DNA of 64,000 nucleotides from an uncultured candidate division Zixibacteria bacterium (GTDB lineage: Bacteria > Zixibacteria > MSB-5A5 > GN15 > FEB-12). Below are positions 28,903 through 38,820 of this stretch, one piece after another. Positions within the stretch are counted from its first letter, which is position 1; each line of letters begins with the position of its first letter. The DNA lies in the NCBI GenBank assembly GCA_963735035.1, contig CAVTJJ010000004.1, positions 1,504,001-1,568,000 of the forward strand. The letters are read 5' to 3'. Both the position numbers and the translations under genes were made by a program. Below the pieces are notes generated by a model. The model was given only the letters and a program-made list of their open reading frames with translations, was not told the origin of the DNA and searched no databases.

Positions 28903-30835
28903 ATGGCGAAAGTTCAGATCACATTTCCCGATGGTTCGGTCAAACCGTTCGAATCGGGAACTACCGGCTTGGATATCGCCAAATCTATTTCGCCGCGATT
29001 GGCCAAAGAAGCCATAGCCGTCAAGATCAATGGTGTTGTGCGCGATGTCAGTTTCCCCGTGCCCGAAGATGCCCCGGTGAAGATTCTTACTTTCGATGAT
29101 CCCGAGGGCCGCCAGGTATTCTGGCATTCCAGTTCGCATATCATGGCGCAGGCCGTGCAGGAACTTTTCCCCGGTGTGAAGCTGGCGATCGGCCCGGCTA
29201 TCGACGAAGGCTGGTATTACGATTTTGACGTAGCCCAGCCATTCTCACCAGATGACCTCGCGCGAATTGAAAAGCGGATGGCGGAAATTGTCGAAGAAGA
29301 TGCTCCGTTCCGTTGCACGTCAGGTAACGCGTCAGGAAGCCATCAAGCACTATCGCGAAAAAGGCGAGCCGTACAAAGTCGAGATGCTTGAGGAATTCCC
29401 AGACGACCACGTGACGATGTACTATCAGTCTCGGTTCGAGGACCTCTGTCGCGGGCCGCACATTCCCAGCACCGGAGTGGTCAAGGCGTTCAAGCTGATC
29501 GCGTCGTCCGGCGCTTACTGGCGCGGCGACGAAAAGAAACCGATGCTGCAGCGCATTTACGGCGTGGCCTATCCGAAGAAGCCGATGCTTGAAGAGTATC
29601 TGCTTCGGCTCGAAGAAGCCAAGAAGCGTGACCATCGCCTGATCGGCAAACAACTCGAGTTGTTCCATGTCGCCGACGAAGTCGGCGCCGGGTTGATCCT
29701 CTGGATGCCCAAGGGCGCGCGGATGCGCTATATTATAGAAGAGTTCTGGCGGACCGAACATCTCGCCAACGGCTACGAATTGGTCTTTTCACCGCACATT
29801 GCCAAGCGCGAACTCTGGGATACGAGCGGTCACACCGGTTTCTATGCCGAAAATATGTACGGACCGATGACCATCGACGAGCGGCTGTTCCAGCTCAAGC
29901 CGATGAACTGCCCGTTCCACATTATGATGTACAAGTCGCGGCTCTGGTCGTATCGGGATCTCCCGTTGCGCTGGGCCGAGCTGGGTACTGTCTATCGCTA
30001 CGAACGTCCGGGCGTGCTGCACGGCCTGATGCGCGTGCGCGGCTTCACTCAGGACGACGCCCACCATTTTGTGGCGCGCGATCTAATAGAGGATGAACTC
30101 CACTGGACCCTGACTTTCTGTATTCACATTCTGAATTCGTTCGGGTTTAGTCAGTTCGATATTTACCTCTCCACCCGCCCCGAGGCGGCCATCGGCGACG
30201 ATGCTGATTGGGCGCGCGCCGAGGGTGCTTTGAAGACCGCCTTGGAACGGTCCGGGTTACCTTACAAAGTCGATCCGGGTGAAGGCGTCTTTTATGGGCC
30301 GAAGATCGACATCAAGATCAAAGACTCGATTGGACGATCCTGGCAGTGTTCGACGATTCAGTTCGATTTCAACCTGCCGGAACGTTTCGATCTGGTGTAC
30401 ACCGACCGCGACGGCGAGCGCAAGCGACCGTTCATGGTTCACCGGGCATTGCTCGGTTCCATCGAGCGGTTCTTTGGCGTGATGGTCGAGCACTACGCGG
30501 GGAATTTTCCGCTCTGGCTCGCGCCGGTGCAGGTGGCGGTGTTGCCGATTTCCGATGAAGTGAATGACTACTGCCGTAATATTCTTGATAGACTGAAAGA
30601 ACATGACATTCGGGCACAACTTGATGACCGTGCTGAAAAGATCGGCGCCAAGATCAGGGCTGCCGAAGTCATGAAGATACCGTATATGTTCGTCGTCGGC
30701 GCCAGAGAAGCCGGGGCAGATTCGGTCGCGGTGCGCAAGCACGGGACCGGTGATTTGGGTGTCAAAGTCGTGGAAGACGCCGTAGCCCTGCTGGTAGCCG
30801 AGATAAAAAGCAAAGGCCTTAAGGCGCAGGGCTAA
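28903..30835 (+). CDS. thrS: Threonyl-tRNA synthetase; apparent +1 frameshift near 29311
   Basis: TGS domain and HSSSH in the first frame; DLCRGPH, RDHR, KPMNCP and HRA in the second. Confidence 0.96.
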
Positions 30836-30856
30836 GGCTCTGCCGAGGAGGATGGC

Positions 30857-31522
30857 ATAACCACCAAGAATATCAGGGTCAACGACCGCATCAGAATTTC
30901 GCCGGTTAGGCTTATCGGCGACGACGGCTCGCAGGTCGGTATCGTGCCGATCAAGGAAGCGCTGGACCGGGCCCGGGCTCTGTCTTTGGATCTGGTCGAA
31001 GTCTCGCCGGACAGCCGCCCGCCGGTATGTCGCATCATGGACTACGGCAAGTACAAATACGAGCTGGCGAAAAAGGACAAGATGGCTAAGAAGAAGTCCC
31101 ATTCGTTCCAGCTTAAGGAAATGCGGTTCCGACCCAAAATCGACGAGCATGATTATAACTTCAAGATGAAGCATGTGCGCGAGTTTCTTCTGCAGGGCGC
31201 CAAGGTAAGAGCCTTCGTGCTGTTCCGGGGTCGTGAAATGACCCGACTGGAGTACGGCCAGAAAGTTCTGGAGCGTCTGGGGCAGGACCTCGCCGACATC
31301 GCTATCGTGGATGTCCCCGCCAAGCTTGAAGGCCGGTCGATGGGTATGGTGGTTTCGCCCAGATCCGAAGTTGTTAAGCAGGCCCAGGCGGCTCGCGCTC
31401 AGCGCGCGAAAGAGAGAGGGGTCGATGAAGAAGTGATTATCGCTGAGGAACTTGACGCCGTTGATATCGACACCGATGACATTGACACCGAGCCGGAAGA
31501 AATAGAAGAATCGAATACTTGA
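30857..31522 (+). CDS. infC: Translation initiation factor IF-3, ATA start codon
   Basis: GAGGAGG SD then in-frame ATA ACC ACC AAG AAT ATC AGG GTC AAC, restoring the conserved RVNDRI..VRLI N-terminus; PPVCRIMDYGKYKY motif. Confidence 0.95.
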   Translation: MTTKNIRVNDRIRISPVRLIGDDGSQVGIVPIKEALDRARALSLDLVEVSPDSRPPVCRIMDYGKYKYELAKKDKMAKKKSHSFQLKEMRFRPKIDEHDYNFKMKHVREFLLQGAKVRAFVLFRGREMTRLEYGQKVLERLGQDLADIAIVDVPAKLEGRSMGMVVSPRSEVVKQAQAARAQRAKERGVDEEVIIAEELDAVDIDTDDIDTEPEEIEESNT

Positions 31523-31539
31523 AATAGACGAGGAACCAG

Positions 31540-31743
31540 ATGCCGAAGATGAAAACCAAGCGTGGCGCGGCCAAGCGGTTCAAGCGGACCGCATCGGGCA
31601 AAGTAATGCGCCACCACAACTATAAGGATCACATCCTTACCAAGAAGAGCACGAAACGTAAACGTAAACTACGCAAGGCCAGTGTGGTTGATCACGCCGA
31701 CCGGAAGAGAATGAACCGTTCGCTTCCGTACAAGTCGAAGTAA
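31540..31743 (+). CDS. rpmI: 50S ribosomal protein L35
   Basis: [23 protein letters not shown]. Confidence 0.98.
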   Translation: MPKMKTKRGAAKRFKRTASGKVMRHHNYKDHILTKKSTKRKRKLRKASVVDHADRKRMNRSLPYKSK

Positions 31744-31769
31744 CCGCTGGTTGATAGGAGATATTTGCA

Positions 31770-32120
31770 ATGCCACGCGCAAAAAATAATGTCGCGGCCA
31801 AGCGCCGACACAAGAAGGTACTCAGTCGCGCCCGCGGCAATTTCAACGGTCGGGGCAAGCTGTACAGAACCGCTCTCGAAACCGTCCACAAGGGTCTGAA
31901 ATACGCCTACCGCGATCGTCGCGTCAACAAGCGGAACTTTCGTACTCTCTGGATCACCCGAATTTCGGCGGCCGCCAAGATGTGCGGCACTAATTACTCG
32001 GTCCTGATTGCCGGGCTGAAAACCGCCGGAGTCAATCTCAATCGGAAAGCTCTGGCCGATATCGCTGCCCGCGACATGGCCACGTTCGAGAACATCGCCA
32101 AGATGGCGGTCGGCAAGTAG
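31770..32120 (+). CDS. rplT: 50S ribosomal protein L20
   Basis: YAYRDRR..KRNFRTLWITRI and LNRKALA motifs. Confidence 0.98.
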   Translation: MPRAKNNVAAKRRHKKVLSRARGNFNGRGKLYRTALETVHKGLKYAYRDRRVNKRNFRTLWITRISAAAKMCGTNYSVLIAGLKTAGVNLNRKALADIAARDMATFENIAKMAVGK

Positions 32121-32134
32121 ACCGGTCGCGGACT

Positions 32135-33148
32135 ATGTCACTTCTCGACGAAGTCGACCGACTTGAATCCGAAGCGCTCGAGCGAATCGGCCAGGCTGAT
32201 TCGCTCGATGCCGTTAAGGAGCTTCATATCCGTTACCTGGGACGTAAAGGTCCCCTGGTGGCGGTGTTACGTCAGTTGGGCAGTCTGTCCGATGACGAAA
32301 AGAAGCTGGTCGGCGGTCGCGCCAATCAAGTCCGTACATTACTAGAAGCCAAACTTGAAGAGGCGGTCGGCCGCTTTTCCGAAGGGGAGAAGCGCGGCGC
32401 TTTCGATCCCACTCTGCCCGGCACCGTTCAGCATGTCGGCACCGTGCACGTGGTCAATCAGGTGATGCAGGAAATCTGCGACACCTTTTACGGCATGGGT
32501 TTTCAGATTGCCCATGGACCGCATGTCGAAACCGACCATTTCAATTTCGAAGCCCTCAACTTTCCGCCCGACCATCCAGCCCGCGACATGCAGGACACTT
32601 TCTTTGTCGAAGGCGGACGTTTGTTGCGCACTCACACGACTCCGGTTCAGGCTCGCGTCCTGGCGTCATCAGGCCCGCCGATAAAGATTGTCACGCCCGG
32701 CCGAACCTTCCGCAATGAAGCTATCTCCACTCGGTCGCACGTGTCGTTTCATCAGGTGGACGGCTTCCTGGTCGATGAAAATGTCACCATGTCCGACCTC
32801 AAGGGTGTGTTGGTGGCGTTCTGCCACGCTTTCTTCGGCGAGGACCTGAAGCTGAAATTCCGGCCGTCGTTCTTCCCGTTCACGGAGCCGTCGGCCGAAG
32901 TGGACATCTCCTGCTTCTTGTGCAAAGGTAAGGGATGCCAGCTCTGCAAGTATTCCGGCTGGCTCGAGATTCTCGGCTGTGGGATGATTCATCCGGCCGT
33001 CCTCGAAGCCGCGCAGATAGATTCCGAGAAATATACCGGCTATGCGTTCGGCATCGGCGTCGAGCGCGTGGCAATGCAACGGTACAAGATAAACGACATC
33101 AGACTTTTCTTTAACGACAACGTCCGTTTCCTCAGGCAATTCTGCTAG
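32135..33148 (+). CDS. pheS: Phenylalanyl-tRNA synthetase alpha subunit
   Basis: HPARDMQDTF, LLRTHT and FPFTEPS motifs. Confidence 0.98.
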   Translation: MSLLDEVDRLESEALERIGQADSLDAVKELHIRYLGRKGPLVAVLRQLGSLSDDEKKLVGGRANQVRTLLEAKLEEAVGRFSEGEKRGAFDPTLPGTVQHVGTVHVVNQVMQEICDTFYGMGFQIAHGPHVETDHFNFEALNFPPDHPARDMQDTFFVEGGRLLRTHTTPVQARVLASSGPPIKIVTPGRTFRNEAISTRSHVSFHQVDGFLVDENVTMSDLKGVLVAFCHAFFGEDLKLKFRPSFFPFTEPSAEVDISCFLCKGKGCQLCKYSGWLEILGCGMIHPAVLEAAQIDSEKYTGYAFGIGVERVAMQRYKINDIRLFFNDNVRFLRQFC

Positions 33149-33150
33149 AC

Positions 33151-35535
33151 ATGAGAGTTTCGTACAAATGGCTCAGAGAACTGACCGGCGTCGATTGGCC
33201 GGTTGAAGAAGTAGCGAAGCGCCTCACGCTCTGTGGTATCGCATGCGAATCAATCGAGCCGACCGACCGTCATTTCGACAAAGTAGTCATCGGCGAAGTC
33301 ACCGATCTGAAAGCTATCAAGGGCGCCGACAAGATTCGTCAGGCGACCGTCAATGTCGGCCGTGAGACGTTCGACCTGGTGTGCGGCGCCCCCAATGTCG
33401 CGGTCGGCCAGAAAGTCCCGGTCGCTCTCTTGGGAGCGCGTCTGGCCGGGGATATTGAGATTAAGAAAGCCAAGATCAGGGGCGTCGAATCGTGCGGCAT
33501 GATCTGCTCCCAGCGCGAGTTGGGGTTATCCGACGATCATTCCGGTATCTGGGTGCTCGGCGCCGAGGCCGTTCCCGGAACGCCGCTGGTCGAGTATCTC
33601 GACTATCATGATTACATTCTCGATTTTGAATTGACCCCGAACCGTGGCGACGCCATGTCGGCAATTGGTGTGGCGCGCGATCTCGCGGTTTTGGCGAAAG
33701 TGCCGTTGAAGTATCCGGTAAGTCAGCTCCGCCCGACCAAAGAAAAAGTCACCGATCTGATTAGCGCCACTTCCGATGATCCTAAAGCTTGTCCGCGGTT
33801 TACCGCCCGCATTATTCGCAACGTCAAGGTGGGACCCTCGCCCTGGTGGGTGCAGAAGCGATTGTTGGCGGCCGGCATGCGGCCGATTTCGAATATTGTC
33901 GACGTCACAAACCTGGTCATGCTTGAGACCGGCAATCCGATTCACGCCTTCGACCTCGACCGGTTTGGCTCTAACAAGATCGTCGTCCGGCGGGCGCGCG
34001 ATGGCGAAAAGCTGACGACTCTCGATGGCAAAGAGCACACGCTTACAAGTGAAGTGCTGCTCATTGACAATGGTCATGTGGCCAAGTCGACCGCCGGTGT
34101 CATGGGTGGATCGGACTCCGAAGTCACCGATCAGACAAAGAACATTCTATTAGAAGTTGCCTATTTCAATCCGGTCGTGATTCGTCGTAGTCGCAAGCAA
34201 CTCGGAATTGTCTCTGAGGCGTCCAGTCGTTTCGAAAAAGGTGTCGACCCCAACGGCGTTCCGGCCGCCTCGGCCCGCGCCGCTTATCTGTTTCAGGAAT
34301 TGTGCGGCGGGGAAGTCCTTGACGGGAAGGTTGACTACTATCCAAAACCGATTCAACCCAAAGTTGTCACCCTGCGTCCCGAACGCTGCAACGCCATCCT
34401 TGGGACGACGATATCGGCGTCCCGGATGTCTGAAATACTCCGGCTGCTCGAATTCGAGGTGACTGACGGTAAATCGATCAGCGCGCGAATACCGACCTTC
34501 CGTCATGATATCAGCCGCGAAATTGACCTGGTCGAAGAAATAGCCCGGATCGAGGGGTACGATTCGATCCCGGATGCGATCGAGAACAAGGGCCCGCTTT
34601 TCGCTCCAAAGAATCGTCTTGAGGAATTCGAAAACGAACTTCGCACGGTACTAACGGGTGCAGGGTTCGATGAGATACTTGGTCACGGCCTGGCCGACAG
34701 CAATCAGGCGAACGCCTTGAATCCGCATCTACCGCAATTACGGATATTGAACCCGGTCTCCGCCGATCTAAACATCATGCGGAACGACCTCGCTATTTCG
34801 GCGATGACCGCTATCGCCCACAACCTGGCGCATCGCAATATGGACCTGAAGTTGTTCGAGATCGGCAAAGCCTACTGGCCTCCGAACGCGTCGGGCGAAT
34901 GGATCGAAGAAGAGCGACTGCTCATGGCGGTCACCGGCAATACCTCGGGCAACTGGCGTGACAAACCGCGACCGGCCGATTTCTATGATCTCACCGGCGG
35001 GCTCGACCGACTGACAGCTCATTTCCATTGGCCGAAGCTTATCTTCGGGGCGTGTGATCAACCCTATTTGGAGCCGGATCAATCATTCACTCTGAAGCTC
35101 AATGGTACGGTTGCGGGATCGATTGGACTGGTAAAATCCGACGTTGCCCGTCGCTTCGAAGTGAAACAAGCGGTTTATCTGCTACAGCTTATCACGAAGC
35201 CGCTGTTTGATTTAAGCCACGGGCTTGCGCAATTCACTCCGCTTCCGGTTTTCCCGGCGGCTACGCGCGACCTGGCCATGGTAGTGAGCGAATCGACTCG
35301 GGCAGAAGAATTGGTAGAGACTATTAAGGGTGAGGCCGGCGGCCTCGCTGAGTCGGTCGACGTGTTCGATTTATATGCCGGCAAGCAGATAGGGCAGGGC
35401 CGCAAGTCGATTGCCGTGGCCATCGTTTTGAGGGCTTCGGATCGAAGCCTGTCGAGCAGCGAGGTGGATCAACTTCAAGAGAAGATTGTCGCTCGGCTTA
35501 AGCAGAACTTTGGGGCTGAAATCAGGGATAAGTAG
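33151..35535 (+). CDS. pheT: Phenylalanyl-tRNA synthetase beta subunit
   Basis: VCGAPNV, TPNRGD, RFEKGVD and DLVEEIARIEGY motifs. Confidence 0.98.
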   Translation: MRVSYKWLRELTGVDWPVEEVAKRLTLCGIACESIEPTDRHFDKVVIGEVTDLKAIKGADKIRQATVNVGRETFDLVCGAPNVAVGQKVPVALLGARLAGDIEIKKAKIRGVESCGMICSQRELGLSDDHSGIWVLGAEAVPGTPLVEYLDYHDYILDFELTPNRGDAMSAIGVARDLAVLAKVPLKYPVSQLRPTKEKVTDLISATSDDPKACPRFTARIIRNVKVGPSPWWVQKRLLAAGMRPISNIVDVTNLVMLETGNPIHAFDLDRFGSNKIVVRRARDGEKLTTLDGKEHTLTSEVLLIDNGHVAKSTAGVMGGSDSEVTDQTKNILLEVAYFNPVVIRRSRKQLGIVSEASSRFEKGVDPNGVPAASARAAYLFQELCGGEVLDGKVDYYPKPIQPKVVTLRPERCNAILGTTISASRMSEILRLLEFEVTDGKSISARIPTFRHDISREIDLVEEIARIEGYDSIPDAIENKGPLFAPKNRLEEFENELRTVLTGAGFDEILGHGLADSNQANALNPHLPQLRILNPVSADLNIMRNDLAISAMTAIAHNLAHRNMDLKLFEIGKAYWPPNASGEWIEEERLLMAVTGNTSGNWRDKPRPADFYDLTGGLDRLTAHFHWPKLIFGACDQPYLEPDQSFTLKLNGTVAGSIGLVKSDVARRFEVKQAVYLLQLITKPLFDLSHGLAQFTPLPVFPAATRDLAMVVSESTRAEELVETIKGEAGGLAESVDVFDLYAGKQIGQGRKSIAVAIVLRASDRSLSSSEVDQLQEKIVARLKQNFGAEIRDK

Positions 35536-35538
35536 CTT

Positions 35539-35781
35539 ATGTCTGACCAGATTAAGATGTTGGAAGAGAAGATCAGCCAGGTACTTCAAAAACTGGCGGT
35601 AATCCAATCCGAAAACAGCGGTGTGCGACAGGAAAACACCGCCCTCAAGGAGCAAATGACCCGTCTGCGGCAAGAGTTCGACCGGTTCCGGGTCGAGCAC
35701 AACGACCAGGCCGATGCTGTCCGGACCCGACTGACCACCCTTTTGTCGCGGATCGAAGAGCTCGAGCAATTAGGACTATAG
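35539..35781 (+). CDS. ZapB-like coiled-coil cell division protein
   Basis: 80-aa coiled coil (LEEKI..LL.RI) between pheT and zapA. Confidence 0.7.
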   Translation: MSDQIKMLEEKISQVLQKLAVIQSENSGVRQENTALKEQMTRLRQEFDRFRVEHNDQADAVRTRLTTLLSRIEELEQLGL

Positions 35782-35790
35782 AAGTTTTTA

Positions 35791-35820
35791 TTGACACCTC
35801 ACCCTCTGAAGTGTTAAGAT
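35791..35820 (+). promoter_or_regulatory. sigma70 promoter for zapA-rny
   Basis: TTGACA-N18-TAAGAT with an extended TG element. Confidence 0.6.
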
Positions 35821-35873
35821 ATTATAGTATAGAGGGATAGGATGTCCAGACCGTTGTCTGACGGATTGAAAGA

Positions 35874-36176
35874 GTGTTGGTTTTGTCAGCCGAAAACAAA
35901 GTAGTCGTTACGATATTAGGAGAAGAGTACCCCATCATCGGAGCCGATGATCCTGTCTACATCTCCCGTGTGGCTAGTCTTGTCGATTCGCGCATGCAGG
36001 AAGTGGCACGACAGAGTTGCTCCAAAGCGCGCGATAAAATCGCCATACTGACTGCTTTGTCTTTAGCTTCCGAATTACTCGAGCATACCGACAAGCTCGA
36101 GCAGACCACGAACAGCCATTCCAGTTCGCTGGATGGTCTTCTTGCTCAATTGGACCGGGCGTTGGAACCTCGCTGA
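35874..36176 (+). CDS. zapA: Cell division protein ZapA
   Basis: VTILGEEY..VASLVDSRM..IAILTALSLA; start uncertain (35874 or 35883). Confidence 0.9.
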   Translation: MLVLSAENKVVVTILGEEYPIIGADDPVYISRVASLVDSRMQEVARQSCSKARDKIAILTALSLASELLEHTDKLEQTTNSHSSSLDGLLAQLDRALEPR

Positions 36177-36291
36177 CGAGTTCCGGTTCAATCTTGGCAC
36201 TCCGTCATTTCGACCTGTCTTACATCCTTCCCAAGGCTGCAACTTTATATAGATGTCTTCACCCGGCGGCTCGGTCGGGTGGGAGGTGACC

Positions 36292-37854
36292 ATGAACTAC
36301 CTTGTTACGATCCTGATCGCGGTCGTCTCGCTGGGATTCGGATTCGGTCTGGCGTGGCTGTTGTCGCGTCGTTTCGGCGCCAAGAGTCTCGCCAAAGTTG
36401 AGATTCAGGCCAAGCGCATTATCAGCGAAGCCGAAAAAGACGCGGATATGCGCCGCAAAGAAGCGGCTCTGGAAATCCGCGAGAAGACCCTCAAAGAAAG
36501 AGCTGAACTCGAAAGAGAAATGGGCAGTCGGCGGCGTGAACTGGACGCCGCTGAGAAACTGCTCGACGAACAAAAGACGTCCCTGTCGAAAAAAATTGAC
36601 GTCATCGAGAGCAAAGATAAAGAGCTCGAAAGCCGCGCCAAGGCCTTCCAGACCCGCGAAAAAGGTATCGAGCTGGCTGAAGAAGACCTGCTGAAGATTC
36701 TGAAGAAGCAGAACGAACAACTTCAGAGAATCGCCCAGATGACTCCGGAAGAAGCCAAGCAGCAGCTTGTTGACAATATGACTGCCGATGCCAAACGTGA
36801 AGCGGCCCAATTTGTCAAAGATGCCAAAGAAAAAGCCGAGAGGGACGCCGACAAAGAGGCCAAAGAAATTATTCTTCGCTCCATCTATCGTTGCGCCGCC
36901 GACCACACAGTTGAAACCACCGTGTCGGTCGTATCGCTGCCTAGCGACGAAATGAAGGGACGTATCATCGGCCGCGAGGGGCGCAACATTCGCGCTTTCG
37001 AAACCGCCACCGGGATTGACGTTATCGTAGATGATACTCCCGAGGCGGTAATCTTGTCCGGCTACGATCCGGTCCGGCGCGAAATCGCCCGCATGGCGCT
37101 CGAGAAATTGGTTACCGACGGTCGTATCCATCCGACCCGAATCGAAGAAGTCGTGGAGAAATCTCAAGCTGAGATGGAAGTGATCGTCCGTGAAGCGGGC
37201 GAACAGGCCTGTTTCGAGTTGGGCATCCACGGCGCCCATGTCGATCTGATCAAGATGCTGGGCAAGCTCAATTTCCGTACGTCGTATGGGCAAAACGTCC
37301 TGGCGCACTCAAAGGAAGTTGCCATGCTCTGCGGCCTGATGGCGGCCGAGCTGGGTCTCGACGCTACGCTGGCCAAACGATGCGGCCTGATGCACGATGT
37401 CGGCAAGGCGATCGATCGCGTAACCGAAGGTACACACACCGAAATCGGCGCCGACTTCCTGTCTCGCTACAAAGAGCCTGAGTTCGTGGTCAATGCGGCC
37501 GCGGCCCACCATGGCGACATAGCCATGACCAGTCCCTATCCGATCCTGGTTCAGACGGCCGATGCTATTTCTGGGGCGCGTCCCGGAGCTCGACGCGAGC
37601 CACTCGAAGCTTATATCAAGCGTCTGTCGCAGCTCGAAGAACTGGCCGACAGCTTCAAGGGAGTCTCCAAGGCGTATGCAATTCAGGCCGGACGGGAGAT
37701 CCGGGTCATTGTCGAGCACGACAAGCTTGACGACCTGGCCTCGACCATCCTGGCCAGCGATATCGCCCACAAGATAGAGAGTGAAATGCAGTACCCCGGC
37801 CAGATCAAGGTGACGGTGATTCGCGAAATGCGGACCACGGAGTATGCCCGCTAG
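36292..37854 (+). CDS. rny: Ribonuclease Y
   Basis: N-terminal TM, coiled coil, KH ([14 protein letters not shown]) and HD (HDVGK) domains; GGAGGTG RBS before ATG 36292. Confidence 0.98.
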   Translation: MNYLVTILIAVVSLGFGFGLAWLLSRRFGAKSLAKVEIQAKRIISEAEKDADMRRKEAALEIREKTLKERAELEREMGSRRRELDAAEKLLDEQKTSLSKKIDVIESKDKELESRAKAFQTREKGIELAEEDLLKILKKQNEQLQRIAQMTPEEAKQQLVDNMTADAKREAAQFVKDAKEKAERDADKEAKEIILRSIYRCAADHTVETTVSVVSLPSDEMKGRIIGREGRNIRAFETATGIDVIVDDTPEAVILSGYDPVRREIARMALEKLVTDGRIHPTRIEEVVEKSQAEMEVIVREAGEQACFELGIHGAHVDLIKMLGKLNFRTSYGQNVLAHSKEVAMLCGLMAAELGLDATLAKRCGLMHDVGKAIDRVTEGTHTEIGADFLSRYKEPEFVVNAAAAHHGDIAMTSPYPILVQTADAISGARPGARREPLEAYIKRLSQLEELADSFKGVSKAYAIQAGREIRVIVEHDKLDDLASTILASDIAHKIESEMQYPGQIKVTVIREMRTTEYAR

Positions 37855-37894
37855 CTTTTCGATTGATTATCTCTGTGGGGTATATTAACCTGCC

Positions 37895-37962
37895 CTCGGC
37901 GGCGCCGGACGGCGTCGCCGAGAAGTCAGGCGGAGACTTCAGCCTACCGTATTGATCCGCCT
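37895..37962 (+). promoter_or_regulatory. Structured 5' leader (two hairpins and a possible pseudoknot)
   Basis: 12-bp GC hairpin 37895-37922; GAAGTC-AGGCGGA-GACTTC hairpin whose loop is complementary to TCCGCCT at 37956-37962. Confidence 0.4.
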
Positions 37963-37976
37963 TAGAAAGTTTTTGA

Positions 37977-38819
37977 ATGTCGTCTTTTACAATTCTGTTT
38001 GTTGCGGATATCTGCGGACGTCCGGGACGACAGGTCGCCGCCCACCTTGTTAAGCCTCTCAAAGAAGAGTTCGCCGCCGACTATGTCGTGACCAATATCG
38101 AAAACGCTGCCGGGGGGTTCGGTATCACCCCCGAGATGTCGCGCAAGATGTTCACGTACGGCATCGATGTCCAGACCTCCGGTAATCATATCTGGGATCG
38201 CGTGCAGGTGTTGGAGTATCTCGACGAGAACCCGAAGCTCCTTCGCCCGGCCAATTATCCCGGCCCCGCGCCGGGGCGCGGATCGTTTGTGGGTGCGGTC
38301 GGCCTATATCATGTTGGCGTACTGAATCTGATGGGTCGTGTGTTCATGGCCAATATCGATTGCCCCTTTCGGACCGCCGATCGCGAGATCGAGAAGATGC
38401 GCGAGAAGACCCAGATTATCATAGTGGATTTCCACGCCGAAGCTACGTCGGAGAAACAGGCGCTTTGGAATTATCTGGACGGTCGCGTGTCGGCTGTTAT
38501 CGGTACGCATACCCACGTTCAAACGGCCGACGAAAGAATCAGTCCGCGTGGCACTGCTTACATCACCGATGCCGGCATGACCGGGCCGCACGATTCCATT
38601 ATAGGTATGGAGAAGGGGCCGTCGCTGGGACGCTTCCTGACCGGCATGCCGAAACGATTCACGACTGCGATCGACGATGTCAAATTGCAGGGTGTGCTTA
38701 TAAGAATCGACACTGAGACCGGGATGGCGCAGAGCATCCAGCGGGTGAGTCGCGATTTCGATCTGGCCGGATATCAGAATAAGGGACCGAATTTCGTAGA
38801 CGAACAGGATGATGTGTAG
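37977..38819 (+). CDS. YmdB/TIGR00282-family metallophosphoesterase
   Basis: ENAAGG, TSGNHIWD, DFHAEATSEK and GTHTHVQTAD motifs. Confidence 0.95.
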   Translation: MSSFTILFVADICGRPGRQVAAHLVKPLKEEFAADYVVTNIENAAGGFGITPEMSRKMFTYGIDVQTSGNHIWDRVQVLEYLDENPKLLRPANYPGPAPGRGSFVGAVGLYHVGVLNLMGRVFMANIDCPFRTADREIEKMREKTQIIIVDFHAEATSEKQALWNYLDGRVSAVIGTHTHVQTADERISPRGTAYITDAGMTGPHDSIIGMEKGPSLGRFLTGMPKRFTTAIDDVKLQGVLIRIDTETGMAQSIQRVSRDFDLAGYQNKGPNFVDEQDDV

Positions 38820-38820
38820 T

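Noticed and set aside
36259..37308. Long antisense ORFs (also 30257-31174, 61374-62396 and many others)
   Set aside because: Shadow frames of well-conserved genes, expected in GC-rich DNA
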